From the NCBI RefSeq assembly GCF_963921235.1, contig NC_086097.1, positions 75,518,001-75,582,000 on the forward strand: DNA of 64,000 nt, in the 5' to 3' direction. Source of the stretch: Mobula hypostoma. Lineage: Eukaryota. Both the position numbers and the translations under genes were made by a program. The first letter of the stretch is position 1, and each line of letters begins with the position of its first letter. Below the pieces are notes generated by a model. The model was given only the letters and a program-made list of their open reading frames with translations. It ran no database searches and was not told the DNA's origin. Below are positions 1-12,164 of this stretch, piece by piece.

Positions 1-2104
1 ACCTGTGCCCTGTGAGTCAACCTTACAGTCCAATCACAGCTGAAGTAGTCGTTACAGTACTTTGAAACTACTTTAACCCAGTGTCCTCAAATGTTCTGAA
101 GGTTCAATTTGGAATCTGAACCAAAAGCCTCAAAAATCAGATTTCGTGCATCTTTGGCAATGAGCATATTCAAGCTAAGCTCTTAAATGCACCAGTCATC
201 ACATTTGAAAGCCCTGTAACCGAGGAAATGGGCTTGTAAATGTGAGGATCATCAACGGTGAGGGTGCAGGAGGTGAACATGCATGAACAAGCTGTGAGTG
301 AGGTCATGAGTGGAGTATGACTGGTGTCTTCTTCACTAGGCTTGGACCAAAACACCAGCAGCCATTTAACCTTGTGGCCTAGAGGAGATGGGTGAAAAGA
401 CCTATCATGTCACTGAACCTCTTCCTAAGACTGCTGAATCAGTATCAACACCAGGTTCTATAGGTAATCCCCAAGATCACAACTCTTGCATCTTTCACAT
501 CTAGTTTCCTTGAATTCCTGTCTGGAGCAAGGTTCTATTCTGACTTTATCAGAAAATAATGGAAGTACAGCTCTGAATTATTTGTGAACCAGATATCTAA
601 ATTTTAAACCTGTCCCAGAAATTAGAATTATAACACTATAGATGATTGGTAACTTGGGAACATGCATAAAATTTTCAGTGTGACAGCTTTCGGAAAGCTA
701 CTTGAACAGATATATATTAATATGAATATACACATTCATAATGTTCTTAATAATTACTGGTAGAACTAAAACCCTCCCACATCCATTGCACGCACCTCTA
801 TTTGAAGCTAATTCCCTTCATCAGTTAATTGTATATTTATGGCTTTCTTTTAAATTTAAAGACATTGAAAGTTAAATTATCTTTTAGGTGTGAATGATTC
901 ACAATTTTGTATGGCATCCATTTTGTGGAGTGGCCCTGCAGCCTGCACTTGCTGAGTTTGGACCTTGTGTTTTGTGGTGCAGGGCCTGTTAACATGGTTC
1001 CCAGTGTGGGACACTTCCATATAGAGTCCTGCAGTGGAGCAGACAGACAGGTTAGTCAAATTTTTTGTTAATACAGGCAGACACTGTAGAAGTCTGAGGA
1101 AAATTTGGCCCTTTTTTAATTTTCCTATTTTTATCACATACATTTCTAATGATGATCCAGTGATATCTGCACAAACTTTAACTAGCTTCCTGATTAGATA
1201 TTCCAGTACTGTGGTAAGAGACCTGTTACCATTTTAAATTTCTTTCCAGAGCCAGGAAAAGAAAATATTCTCCAGCTAGTTGAATGCCATTTTCAACACC
1301 GATTCATTTTTGATGTTTGACCATATTTAGATTAAGAATACAGATGCTGTTTTGGAACAGACTTTTTAAGTAAATGAACTCCTGGTGCGGAGAAGCTCAG
1401 AATACAAATGTTGAAATTAACTTTGTCAAAGACTGGCAGCGTAAGCCGTGATTGAATCACAAGTGACACATCTGTTGTCCAGAGCAGTTCTACTGTGCAA
1501 TTGTAAGAAGTGCTCTAATGGAAAATCAGTAAACTACAATCATACTGAGGGCAGGTTGAGCAGTGTTTAACAGGCTAATCTCACTTTCCAATCCTTGCAA
1601 TCCTTGCATGCTTGAGTGAATCCTTTTGGTCACTTAAGCTGAAATGACATGGCTGAATGACAACATGCAGACTGGTGGAAATGTTATTATTTTGCTTGCT
1701 TTCTGGTCAGGTCAATGACCTAATGCCAGAGCATGCAGTTAAGAGAGTTGGAATGAGAAGAACATGAATGCTCAAGACCTGCTGCATATAAATAAAGCCA
1801 TTAGAAAACACTGGGATCTTGTTATTAAAAACAGAACATTCATTTTTGGTACACCACAGTAGAAAAATTGTCTGCAATTTTGCATGCCTTATTTGAGGAA
1901 GAGTGTGACAGCTTTTGAGAGCATTCATTAGAAATAACCCAAAGATGTAGAAATACATAATTATATAAAGATTATTTTGAAACAAAATGTTAAGAGGAGA
2001 ATTAATGGAGTTTTTAAAAAAAATTCTGTAGATTTCGATCAAAAACTAGAGAATGATTATTTCCACTGTTTCATCCATTCAACGATCATCTGTTTTTTAA
2101 AAAA

Positions 2105-3270
2105 TTATTAAAGGGACGTGGGCTGAGACAGCATTTAATTGCCCATCCCTTATTTCCTTTGGGTTGGTGATTGGCTCAAGAAGGCAGCTCATGTGATCCT
2201 TCAACCGTGAGCATACCCACAATGCAGTTAGGGAAGAAACCAAGGATGTTGATCTGGTGACAGCGAAGGAGCAGCAAAATATTTCCGGTTCAGGATGGTG
2301 TGTGGCTTTGGAGGGCAATTTGCAGATGGTGATGCTTCAGTGCTTTTGCTGTGCTTATCCTACTAGCTGGTACAGTTCATGGGTTGGAAAAGTGCTGCTT
2401 AGAGAGTCTTGGTGAGTTGCTGTAATGCATCCTGAAGAGGGTATAAATTGCTGCTGATATTCATTGATGGTACAGTGAGCATATCCCAGGCTTGTAGATG
2501 GGGTGCCTTTCAGGAAGGCTGCTAAATCCTTTATGGTGAGCTTCCTAGGTGTAGACCTGTACTCATCCAGGCCAGCAGGAAGTATTTCACCACACTCCTG
2601 ACTTAAGCCTTGTTGATGATGGACAAGGCTTTGAGATATTAGGAGGTGAGTTGCTCACCACAGGATTTCTAGCCGCTGACTTGGAGCTACTTCACACATA
2701 TGGATACTCTAGTTCAGTTCCTGGTCCATGGCAACCCCCAGGATATTGGTAGTGAAGGACTCAATGGTAGTAATGCCATTGACTATCATGAGGTGGTTAC
2801 TGGGTTTTCTCTTCTTGCTTAGCGTCATTGCGTGGCACTTGTTTGGCATTAAAAACCCAGGCCTGGATATTGCCAGTCCTTGCTACCTACACCCGGACAT
2901 TGTCTGGTTCTTGCTACATTAGGATGTGGATTGCTTTGGTACATGAATGGTGCTGAACATTGTGCAATCATCGATGAACTTCCCTGCTTCTGACCAGCAT
3001 TGATAATGTAATTGAAATGTTTGGGCTGAGGACACAACCCTGTGGAACTCGTGCAGAGATGACCTTGGCTGAGATTATTTCTTCTAGCTACCAAGCACCT
3101 TCCTATGATTCCAGTAAAGGGTTTCTCCCCTGATTCCCATTGACTCCTGTTTAGCCAGGGCCCCTTGATCCATACTTGATCAAATGCTGCCTTGATAACA
3201 AAGACTCTTACTCTCACTTTGCCTCTTAAGTTCAGCTCTTTTGTCAAAGTTTGGAGCAAGATCAGTCGAA
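2105..3270 (-). mobile_element. Old CR1-group LINE, RT and 3' end (degraded)
   Basis: Minus ORF 2849-3328 contains VRVFVIKAAFDQVW (RT motif, cf. ALDIKAAFDRVW). A 3' tail gggatgggcaattaaatgctg lies near 2110-2150. Confidence 0.75.
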
Positions 3271-3803
3271 TGTTAAATGGTACAAGGCAGGAATAGGCCC
3301 TGCAGTCCATTCTGTTCTCACCAACCATGATGTTAATCTAATTAATCCCATCTGGCTAACCGTATGAGGAATATTTGCTGGGTCTGAGCCTGTACTCGCT
3401 GAAGTTTGGAACAGGGGTCCCCAACCTTTTTTGCACTGCGGACCAGTTTAATATTGACAATATTCTTGCAGACTGGCCGACCCGGGGTGGGGGGGGGGGG
3501 TACGGTTGCCAACGGCCAAGAGTAGCAGTCAAATACGTTGTGTTTACCCAGATAAGACTACAATGACCACGAAGCCTTGCACAGGCACCATTGCGCATGC
3601 GTGTACCTGTCGATTTTTTTTCTGTAAATCATGTTTGACGATTCTGTTCGGGGGAGGGGGGGTGTTACTCACGACCAGAATATCGGTGATAAGTAGCTAA
3701 TACACTCAATTTCGTTTCTAATACACTCAATTTCGTTTAATATTAATTTAATATTAAACACACAGCGTATATTTTCCTGGCATGAATATAGTGATAAGTC
3801 AAT

Positions 3804-4032
3804 TATCAGGGGAGGACGGGGGGCTTGAAGTGTTGAACGAACTTCCAGTTGAAGTGGCAGAAGCAGGTTCGATATTGTAATTTAAAGAAAAGTTGGAAAG
3901 GTATATGGACAGGAAAGGAATGGAGGGTTGTGGGCTGAGTGCAGGTCGGTGGGACTAGGTGCGAGTAACGTTCGGCACGGACTAGAAGGGCAGAGATGGC
4001 CTGTTTCTGTGCTGTAATTGTTATATAGTTAT
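3804..4032 (+). mobile_element. CR1 3'-tail fragment inside the hAT element
   Basis: aacgaacttccagttgaagtggcagaagcagg...gatggcctgtttctgtgctgtaattg is a CR1 3' end. It is flanked by the direct repeat ataagtcaat (3794-3803, 4033-4042). Confidence 0.75.
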
Positions 4033-4122
4033 ATAAGTCAATAGCATCATAACATTCTAAATAACATTTGGATATTAAACACACAGCACATGTTATCATT
4101 GCAACACACCAACATCGCTGAA

Positions 4123-4410
4123 TCAGTGGGAGCCCTGGGCTAGTTTTCCTGCAACAAGACGGTCCTATCGAGGGGTGACGGGAGACAGCGATACTCGAAG
4201 GGGGTTCCTTATGTCCAGTCTATTCCGCAGTTTAGTTTAAGTTGCATTCATTGCAGAGATATGTTGGAAATGGAAGCAACGTTTTCAGTGCTTTCATGGC
4301 TACCTCAGGATATTTAGCCTTCACTTTGATCCAGAATGCCGGCAGAGATGTTATGTCAAACATACTGAACCGCTGTCATTTGCAAGCTTAAGGAGTTGAT
4401 CTCCTTCCCG
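4123..4410 (-). pseudogene. Charlie/hAT transposase C-terminal (dimerisation domain) remnant
   Basis: Minus translation gives MFDITSLPAFWIKVKAKYPEVAMKALKTLLPFPTYLC and TKLRNRLDIRNPLRVSLSPVTPR*DRLVAGKLAQGSH*, with frameshifts. Confidence 0.85.
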
Positions 4411-5058
4411 CTCTGTCACAGATGACGTGCAAGTAATGACCTTGCGTGCATAATGGCTCAACAGAGCGTGACGGAATGAGAAAAGGTGCAGCTGACTCAT
4501 ATCGCCAAATCATATCGTTTCCTTGCGGCCCGGTAGCACATGCTTTGCGGCCTGGTGGTTGGGGGACTGCTGGTTTAGAAGAATGAAGGGGGATGTTATT
4601 GAAACCTCCTGAATAATGAAAGGCCTAGAAAGAGTGGACATGGAGAGGATATTTCCTACTGAGGGGGAGTCTAGGACCAGAGAGCACAGTCTCAGAAAAG
4701 AAGGACATCCTTTTCGAACAGAGCTGAGGTGGAATTTCTTCAGCCAGAGGGTGGTGAATCTTTGGAATTTATTACCACAGATGGCTGAAGAGACTAAGTC
4801 ATTGGGCGATCAAAGTGGAGGCCAAGCCATTGGGTGATTCGGTCATTAAAGAGCAGTTTGATGGGTTCTTGATTAGTTAGGGTGTCAAAGTTTACAGGGA
4901 GAAGGCGGGAAAATGGGATTGAGAGGGATAATAAATTAGCCGTGATAATAGCAGAGCAGACCCAATGGGGGAGATGAAGACAGCACTAGTGATAAGGGAT
5001 TTCATAGTTGGAGGAGCAGACACGTGATCTGTAGACATGATAGAGACTCCCATTTGGT

Positions 5059-5191
5059 TAGTCCTGATGAAGGGTCTCGGCCCAAAACGTCGACTGTACC
5101 TCTTCCTATAGATGCTGCCTGGCCTGCTGCGTTCACCAGCAATTTTTATGTGTATTGCTTGAAATTCCAGCATCTGCAGATTTCCTCCTGT
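5059..5191 (+). mobile_element. Solo Penelope-like pseudo-LTR/3'UTR insertion (133 bp)
   Basis: Same sequence as the 3' end of the GIY-YIG element at 8650-8783. 11-bp TSD tcccatttggt (5048-5058, 5192-5202) inside CR1 ORF1. Confidence 0.85.
5060..5095 (+). ncRNA. Minimal type-I hammerhead ribozyme motif (core GAAA mutated to AAAA)
   Basis: agtc-CTGATGA-aggg tctcgg ccc-aAAA-C GTC^gact: stem I agtc/gact, stem II ggg/ccc, no stem III beyond the palindromic CG. Confidence 0.75.
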
Positions 5192-7129
5192 TCCCATTTG
5201 GTATGTTGCCTTCTAGGTTCCAGGGTCAGGCATGTCTTAGATCAGGTCCATGACATTCTAAAGGGGGAAGGTGAGCAGCCAGAAGTCTTGGTACATATTG
5301 ACACCAATGACATAGGCAGGAAAGGCAAGGTGGTCCTGAATAGAGAATTTAAGGAGCATGTAAGAAAGCTGAAACTTGGGACCTCCAGCTGAATTGCAGT
5401 CTGTGCCTGTGCCATGTGCCAGTGAGGGTAAGAATAGGATAATTTGGCAGACGAATGTGTGGTTGAAAAACTGGTGCAGGGAGCAGAGTTTCTGGATCAT
5501 TGGGATTTCTTTTGGGGAAGGTATGACCTGTACAAAAGGGACGGGTTACAACTGAACCCGAGGGGGGGGGGGGCCAAGATCCTTGCAAGCAGGTTTGCTA
5601 GAACTGTTGGGTAAGGTTTAAGCTAATTTGGCAGAGGGGTGGGAACCGGAGTGATAGGACTGAGGAAAGGGCTGTTGGTTCACAAGCAAAGGTAGTGTGT
5701 AGTGAGACTGTCCATAAGGACAGGCAGATGATAGGACAAAATTGCAGTCAGTGGGATGAGTTGCAGTGTGAAAGGGTGATAGATAAAAATCAAAAAGGGT
5801 GATCGATAGAGGACTGAGGGTGTTGTATTTGAATGCACACAGTAGACAGAATAAGGTAGATGATCCTGTATTGAAAGACAGGCAGGTAGTCAGAGGGGAT
5901 GGTGAGGATATTAGGGAAAAAATGAAATCAAGTCTTTAAAAAGAGGTGACATGGGTTTGGAAGATGTAGAATCCTTGTGGGTAGAGTTAAGAAACTGCAT
6001 AGATTCATGGATAGAGGATTCGCTGGTTAGCAGGAGGCAAAGGTTGGGAATAAAAGGCACCGTCCCTGGTTGGCTGCCGGTGGCTTGTGATGTTCTGCAG
6101 GGGTCAGTACTGGGACCACTTTTCACATTTTATGTCAATGATTTGGATGACAGAATTGGTGGTTTTGTGATATAGTTTGTGAATGATGCAAAGATAGGTG
6201 GAGGAGCAGGTAGTGTTGAGGAAGCAGGAAGAATGCAAAAGGACTTGGACAGATTAGGAGATGGGCAAAGAAATGGTAAATGGAATAGTGTTGGGAAGTG
6301 TTTGGTCATGCATTTTTGTAAAAGGAGTAAAAGCATAGACTATTTTCTAAACACAGGGAAAATTCAGAAATCTGAGGTGAAAGGGTCTTGGGAGCCCTGG
6401 TGCAAGATTCCCTAAAGATTAACTTGCAGGTTAAATCAGTGGTGAGGACAGAAAATGCAATGTTAGCATTCTTTTCGGGGGCGGGGGGAGCGCGGCTAGA
6501 ATATAAAAGCAAGGATGTGATTCTGAGGCTTTGTAAGCACTGGTGAGACCTCATTTGAAGTCTTGTGAGGAGATTAGGGCCCTTATTTACTAAAGGATGT
6601 GGTGACATTGGAGAGGGTTCAGAGGAGTTTCATGGGAATGAGTTCAGGAATAAAAAGCTTATTATATGAGGAGCAATTGATGGTTCTGGACCTTCGCTTA
6701 CTGGAATTTAGAAGAATGAGGGATCTTATTGAATGCTGAAAGGCCCAGATAGACTGGATGTGGTAAGGATGATTCCTATGGTGAGGACTCTAGTACCAGA
6801 GAGCGCAGCCTCTGAATAGAGGGACATTCATTTAGCATGGAGATGAGGAGGAATTTCTTTAGCCAGATAACAGTGAATCTGTGGAATTCGTTATCACAGG
6901 TGGCTGTGGAGGCCAGGTCATTAGGTGGTATTTAAGGCAGAGGTTGATAGGTTTTTGATTAATCAAGGTGTGAAGGGATAGGGGGAGAATGCAAGAAAAT
7001 GTGGCTGAGGGAGAAATGGATCAGCCATAATGAAATAGCAAAGCAGCCTTGATGGGCCAAATGGCCTAATTCTGCTCCTATGTCTTTTGGTCTTGTACCT
7101 TGCCTGTTCATGTGTACATCTAAATACAC

Positions 7130-7322
7130 ATGAACGGGTGACAGACCTCAATGGTGTACCTGGAAGGACTCTGAAAACCTGTGCCAACCAACTGATGGGT
7201 GTGTTCAAAGACAATTTGAATCTCTTGTTGCTACAGTTAGCAATTCACACCTACTTCAAAAAGGCAGCGATCATACCAGTGCCCAAGAAAATAGGGAGAG
7301 CTGCCTTAATAACTATCATCCA
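7130..7322 (+). mobile_element. Rex1/Babar LINE RT fragment
   Basis: GVPGRTLKTCANQLMGVFKDNLN..FKKAAIIPVPKK, homologous to the ORF at 9891-10367. Confidence 0.8.
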
Positions 7323-7375
7323 AATTGTTTATCACAAATTAACATAAATATTCATCCACTGTGGCATCATCTACG

Positions 7376-7630
7376 GTGCCACAATAATGTAACGGTTCAC
7401 GCAACACTCTTGGAGCTCAGAGTTCAATACCGGCTTGGTCTGTGTGCAAGTTTTAATATTCTTTCCTGTGTGCACGTGGATTCGCTCTGGGTGCTATGGC
7501 AAACTCCCACTGTCCAAAGACATATCAGTTTGTAGGTTAGTTGGTCTTTGTAAATTGTCTGTGATTAGGGGGTGTTGCTGGACAGCACAGCTCGACGGTC
7601 TGGAGGACCTGTTCCATGTTGTATCTCTTC
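7376..7630 (+). mobile_element. V-SINE (HE1-like) tRNA-derived SINE
   Basis: B-box-like gagttcaatacc, V-domain gtggattcgctctgggtgctatggcaaactcccactgtccaaagac, and a CR1-type tail ending ...gtatctct. Confidence 0.75.
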
Positions 7631-7754
7631 AGCAACACATACAAAATGCTGGAGGATCTGTTCCACGCAGTATCTCTTCAGCAACACGTACAAAATGCTG
7701 GAGGATCTGTTCCACGCAGTATCTCTTCAGCAACACGTATAAAATGCTGGAGGA
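7600..7754 (+). repeat. 49-bp tandem repeat, 3 copies plus 8 bp
   Basis: Unit ctggaggatctgttccacgcagtatctcttcagcaacacgtacaaaatg starts at 7600, 7649 and 7698, with a partial copy at 7747. Confidence 0.95.
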
Positions 7755-8783
7755 ACTCAGCAAGACAGACTCCATCTGTAGAGGGGAATAAACCGTTAAT
7801 GTTTCGGGCCAAGATTCTTCATCAGGACTGTAAAGGGAGGTAGCAGAGCCCAGAATAAGAAGGTGGGAGGGGGAGAATGGGAGGAGTACAAGCTGGCCAG
7901 TGAGAGAAGAGAAAATCACACAGAATATTGGAGAAACTCAGCAATTCAGGCAGCATCTTCTTTGTGGAAGATGGTGCCAATAAATGATGACCTTTTGCGT
8001 GCAGCTCCGATAGGAATCTTCACATATTCCCATTTAGGACTACGACAGCTGAAATTCACAGTCAAGCCATGGGTACTCCATTAAGCAACTGTTTTTCCAG
8101 GTCAAGCATCACTTCACCTGTGAATCTATTTGGATGGTCTATTGTATCTGGTGCTCCCAATACAGTGTTCTCTGCACTGGGGGGGGAGGGGCAGAGGGGA
8201 GGTACCACTTTGGCAAGCACCTCTGTTCTAATTGCCAAAAGTGGAATTTCCTGGTGGCCAACCATTTCAATTCATATCGTCATTCCTGACCGACATGTCG
8301 GACCATGGCCTCCTCTTTGGTCACTCTTAGGGTTGAGAAGAAACACTTCATAATCCATTTCGGTACCCTCCAACCTAATGGCATGAACATTGATTTCTCC
8401 TTCTGGTAATTAATTTTCCCTCCCCCTTCTTATATCCCTCACTCTGATCTCTTACATTTTCTACTCATCTGCCTATCAATTCCCCCTGGTGCTCCTCCTT
8501 TGCATTCTCCAACAGTTCACTCTCCTCTCCTGTCAGATTCCTTCTTCATCACTTTACCTTTCCCACCACCTAGCTTCACCTATCACCTTCTAGCTAGTCC
8601 TCCTTCCTCTCCCCCCACCTTCATATTCTGGCATCTTCCCTCTTCCTTTCCAGTCCTGAAGAGAGGTCTCTGCCCGAAACGTCTACTGTTTATTGATTTC
8701 TGAGGTGCTTCCGGAACTACTGAGTTCCTCCAGCATTTTCTGTGTTACTACGGTTTACAGCATCTGCAGAATCTCTTGTGTTT
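7735..8783 (+). mobile_element. Penelope-like element: inverted 5' pLTR copy, GIY-YIG endonuclease remnant and 3' pLTR
   Basis: 8095-8409 reads FQVKHHFTCESIWMVYCIWCS...VANHFNS...LQPNGMNIDFSFW*. A pyrimidine-rich UTR follows. Hammerhead motifs at 7795-7830 (-) and 8651-8688 (+). Confidence 0.85.
8651..8688 (+). ncRNA. Minimal type-I hammerhead ribozyme motif, catalytic core intact
   Basis: cagtc-CTGAAGA-gaggtctctgccc-GAAA-C GTC^tactg. Stems I and II are imperfect. Confidence 0.7.
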
Positions 8784-8854
8784 ATCATTTTAAGTCATTC
8801 AAAAAATCTATGAATACTCAAATCTAGTGATATCATAAGATCCTAAAAAAAACA

Positions 8855-10483
8855 GAAGCAGAGAAGACACACTGAGCTATAGATACAATTGAAGAGCAAA
8901 GGCCTTAGACACCCACTCTCATCTATCCTGCTTGCAAATATATATTCTCTGCAAAATAAAATTGAAGACCTCAGAACAGAGTGGTTGTATCAGAAGGATA
9001 TCAAGGACTGCTGTGTACTTTGCTTCATGGAAACATGGCTCACCCCTGCCATTTCGGATGCAGTATTGTACCCAGATAGCTTCGTCATTCTCCACAAAGG
9101 CAGAACAGCTGAGTCTTTTTAAGGCAGAGGAGGTGGAGTATACTTTACAATTAACTCATTTTGGTGCACAAATGTGGTAGTTTTGTCTTAGTCCTGCTCA
9201 CCAAACCTGGAACATCTACTGGTCAAATATAGTCCATTTTATCTGCTGAGGGAGCTTTCCAACATCTTCCTGGTCAACATCAAGCAGACATTGAATAAGC
9301 TGAGCACTGTGATCAGCAATCATGAAACAGTGCACCTTGATGCCTTCCCTATCATTGTGGGAGATTTCAACCAAGCCAGTTTGAAGAAGCCTCTGAACAA
9401 ATACCACCAACATATTACCTGCAGAATCAAAGGAGCAAACACACTTGACCACTGTTATACAACCATCAAGAACACTTCCCATGCCATGATACACCCACAC
9501 TTTATGAAGTCCAGTCACCTGGCTGTACTTCTATTCCCAGTGTATGGGCAGAGACAAAAGACTGCACCACCAGTGGTGAGGACTGAAAATGTAAGGTCAA
9601 GGGAGGTGGAGGAGTGCTTACAGGACTGATTTGAGTCTGTGTTCAGGCCAATATTTTTGAATATGAATGAATATGCCACAGCTGTTACCAGCTTCAAGAC
9701 CTGTATGGATAACTGTGTGCCTTTGACAATATGATAGACATAACAATATGAAAGTGCCATGGATGAACCAGGAAATTCATAGTCTGCTGAGGGCTAGGTC
9801 TATGCATTCAAGACTAGTGATCCAGAACTATACAAGAAGTCCAGGTACGGCCTATGGAAAGCTATTTTAAGAGTGAATAAACAATTCTGATTGAAGTTAG
9901 AGATGGAATCAGATGCACATCAGCTCTGGCAAGGTTTGAAGACCATTACTTCCTACAAGGTGAAACCTAATATCATGAAAGGCTGTGATGCTTCACTCCG
10001 ACATGAGCTCATCGCCGTTTATGCATGCTTTGAAAGGAATAACAAAACTACACCAATGAAAATCCCTGCAGTATCTGGTGACCCTGTGAACTTTGTCTCA
10101 GAGACCAGTTTCAGAACATCTTTCAAGAGGGTTGACCCTTACAAGGCCTCAGGCCCTGATGGCGTACCTAATAGAGCATTGAAAACCTGTGCCAACCAAC
10201 TGTCAGGGGTGTTCCACGACATCTTCAGTCTGTCACTGCTGCTGTCAGGGCTTGCCACCTGCTTCAAAAGGGTGACAATCATACCAGTGCCCAAGAAGAG
10301 CAAGGTGATCTGCCTCAAAGACGATCACCCAGTGGTGCTCTCATCTGCTGTGATTGAAGTGCTTTGAGAAGTTGGTCATGTCCAAAATTAACTCCCGCCT
10401 AAGCAAGGATCCTGGACCTGCTGCAATTTTCTTATCGCCACAATAGGTCTACAGCAAATGCAATCTCACTGGCTCTCCACTCG
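8855..10483 (+). mobile_element. Rex1/Babar LINE, endonuclease plus 5' RT (decayed, 3' truncated)
   Basis: SILLANIYSLQNKIEDL..CCVLCFMETWL, IIVGDFNQA, TLDHCYT, KASGPDGVP..CANQLSGVF, LQFSYRHNRST. Stops and frameshifts present. Confidence 0.9.
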
Positions 10484-10519
10484 GAAACCACAGTTAGTGT
10501 GGGCGGTTGGGGCAGTGAG

Positions 10520-10925
10520 TACAGAAGAGGGACCTTGGTGAGCAAATCCACAGATCCATAGCATATAGGACACTAGCCTTCATTAGTTGGAGCACTGAAT
10601 ACAAAATCAGCGAGGTCATTCTCCAATTTTATAATAACTTGGTTACACCTCAGCTGAACTACTGAATGTGGTTCCAAACAGCATAAAATGGAAAGGATAG
10701 AGTGGAGATTCACTAGGATTTTGCCTGGGATGAATCACTTCAGTTATGAGGAGAAAATGGAGAAGCCAAGCTTGTTGTTTCCAGATCAGAGGAGATTAAG
10801 AAGGGACATGATTGTGTTATATCAAATTGAGGTATATTCTGTAGATAGGGTCATCTGTAGGAACCTTTTCCCCATATTAGAGGCAAATAAAGCTAGAGAA
10901 CGTAGCATTAGGGTGAAGTGGGAAG
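10520..10925 (+). mobile_element. CR1 ORF2 3' fragment
   Basis: ERIEWRFTRILPGMNHFSYEEK..RRLRRDMI. Confidence 0.8.
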
Positions 10926-11583
10926 AAGAAAGATCAGTTTCATGACAGATGATCCTATAACTCAGTGATTGTTTTCCTTTGGCTACTCAAAGAAAATCTG
11001 TAATACTGATTCAGAAGTTTAACATGCAACACAATGACCAGACAGCACTTACTCTATAACACATACAGTATCAAATTCTAAAAACCAAAGGTTGTCTTCC
11101 CTCTGCTAATTATTGTGATTTTAAGTCTAGGAAGACTGGGATTATTGTACTGGTATATTTTCTGTTTGGCAAAAATATTAACAGCTGGGGAATTCTGCAG
11201 ACATACCAAAAAATCTAATTCCACAATCGCAATTTTTTTTCCAAAGTTTTTACTTGCCATAATTGTGAAGTGCAATTAGCTATGCCTTCAAACAACAAAT
11301 GTCACATTTCTCTACTTTTCTATAAACGTGTCAAAAATGTGACTTCCTATATTTGCATATACTGCTACATTTCACTAGGCGTACGGGACTGTTCCCCCAA
11401 ACCCAGTGTGACTGCCTGATGCTGGAACCGTTTGGTTTTGAAAAGAGAATTGAAATCCTCTTCTCTTAAAAGTGGTTGAGAATACGCAAGGGTCTTGACA
11501 TTCTCTTGCTTTGTACAATATGTTTCTGAGCTACAGGAGTGAAGTTTTATCTATTACACCCTCACTGAAATGCAATGAGATAC

Positions 11584-11789
11584 TGTCGTGTCTTTGCAAA
11601 TACATATTAATTAAATAAAAGCATGAAGATTTGAGATGGCTTTAACTGGTGTATTCACATTGCAGTGAGGGCAGAGAGAGAGAGAACGATGCGTATGCAT
11701 AGACAACAGATCAATACACGTGTAGACAACAGTCCATGCATAATGTTAAGGGGAGTCATTGCTCTTAAAAAATAGATCCATACAATACA
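11584..11789 (-). repeat. 3' LTR of Gypsy element 1
   Basis: Shares gtgtctttgcaa..ttaaataaaagcatg..actggtgtattcacattgcagtgag..aatagatccat with 17741-17905. Adjacent to the PPT. Confidence 0.85.
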
Positions 11790-12164
11790 CTTCATCCCCC
11801 TTTAGATAATCAACATAAAACTGTATGTGTACAAAATCCCCTTTCACAAACCATATTCCAAATAAACATGCCTTCATTATAATGGTCCTTGACTAACTTT
11901 GCTATAGTAAAGATTCAATCTTTTGGGTGGTCTCTGTTTCTTTCAGCAGAGTGCCTCTGGATCTGTAGAGTGGCATCAGGTTTGGTAGGTGTCTTGTCAA
12001 AGACAACGTTCCTGATTTCCGATATCACGTTGCTGTTGGTGACATGATCATCACTGAGAGGTAAGTCCGGAGGCTGAAATGTGTCCATCTTGTTGGATGC
12101 AGTCGACTCAGGTGTGTTCTTTGGCAGAGCATCCGTTATCTGGTCCACACGGTGTCTCCATGTA

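Larger units (their letters stand above)
3412..4572 (-). mobile_element. Non-autonomous hAT (Charlie-like) DNA transposon
   Basis: TIRs caggggtccccaacc / ggttgggggactgctg. 8-bp TSD gtttggaa (3404-3411) vs gtttagaa (4573-4580). Internal transposase remnant. Confidence 0.9.
3358..4965 (+). mobile_element. CR1 LINE 3' end, interrupted by a hAT element
   Basis: LYSLKF..RMKGDVIET continues across the insertion. ORF 4616-4837 has FFSQRVVNLWNLLPQ, the typical CR1 ORF2 C-terminus. Confidence 0.85.
4966..7092 (+). mobile_element. CR1 LINE: ORF1 esterase part plus internally deleted ORF2 and 3' tail
   Basis: ORF1 GEGEQPEVLVHIDTNDIGRK (SGNH-like). Endonuclease ESLWVELRNC is fused at about 6000 to RT VLQGSVLGPL..YVNDLD. 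Tail ggccaaatggcctaattctgctccta. Confidence 0.9.

Noticed and set aside
877..1237. Overlapping 88-aa and 67-aa ORFs as a host exon
   Set aside because: No recognisable protein motif or convincing splice sites; the lengths are compatible with chance.
3697..3738. 21-bp tandem duplication ctaatacactcaatttcgttt
   Set aside because: Ordinary local slippage inside the hAT element.
7600..7754. Regular repeats as a CRISPR array
   Set aside because: Units are contiguous with no unique spacers, there are no cas genes, the context is eukaryotic, and the unit derives from flanking TEs.
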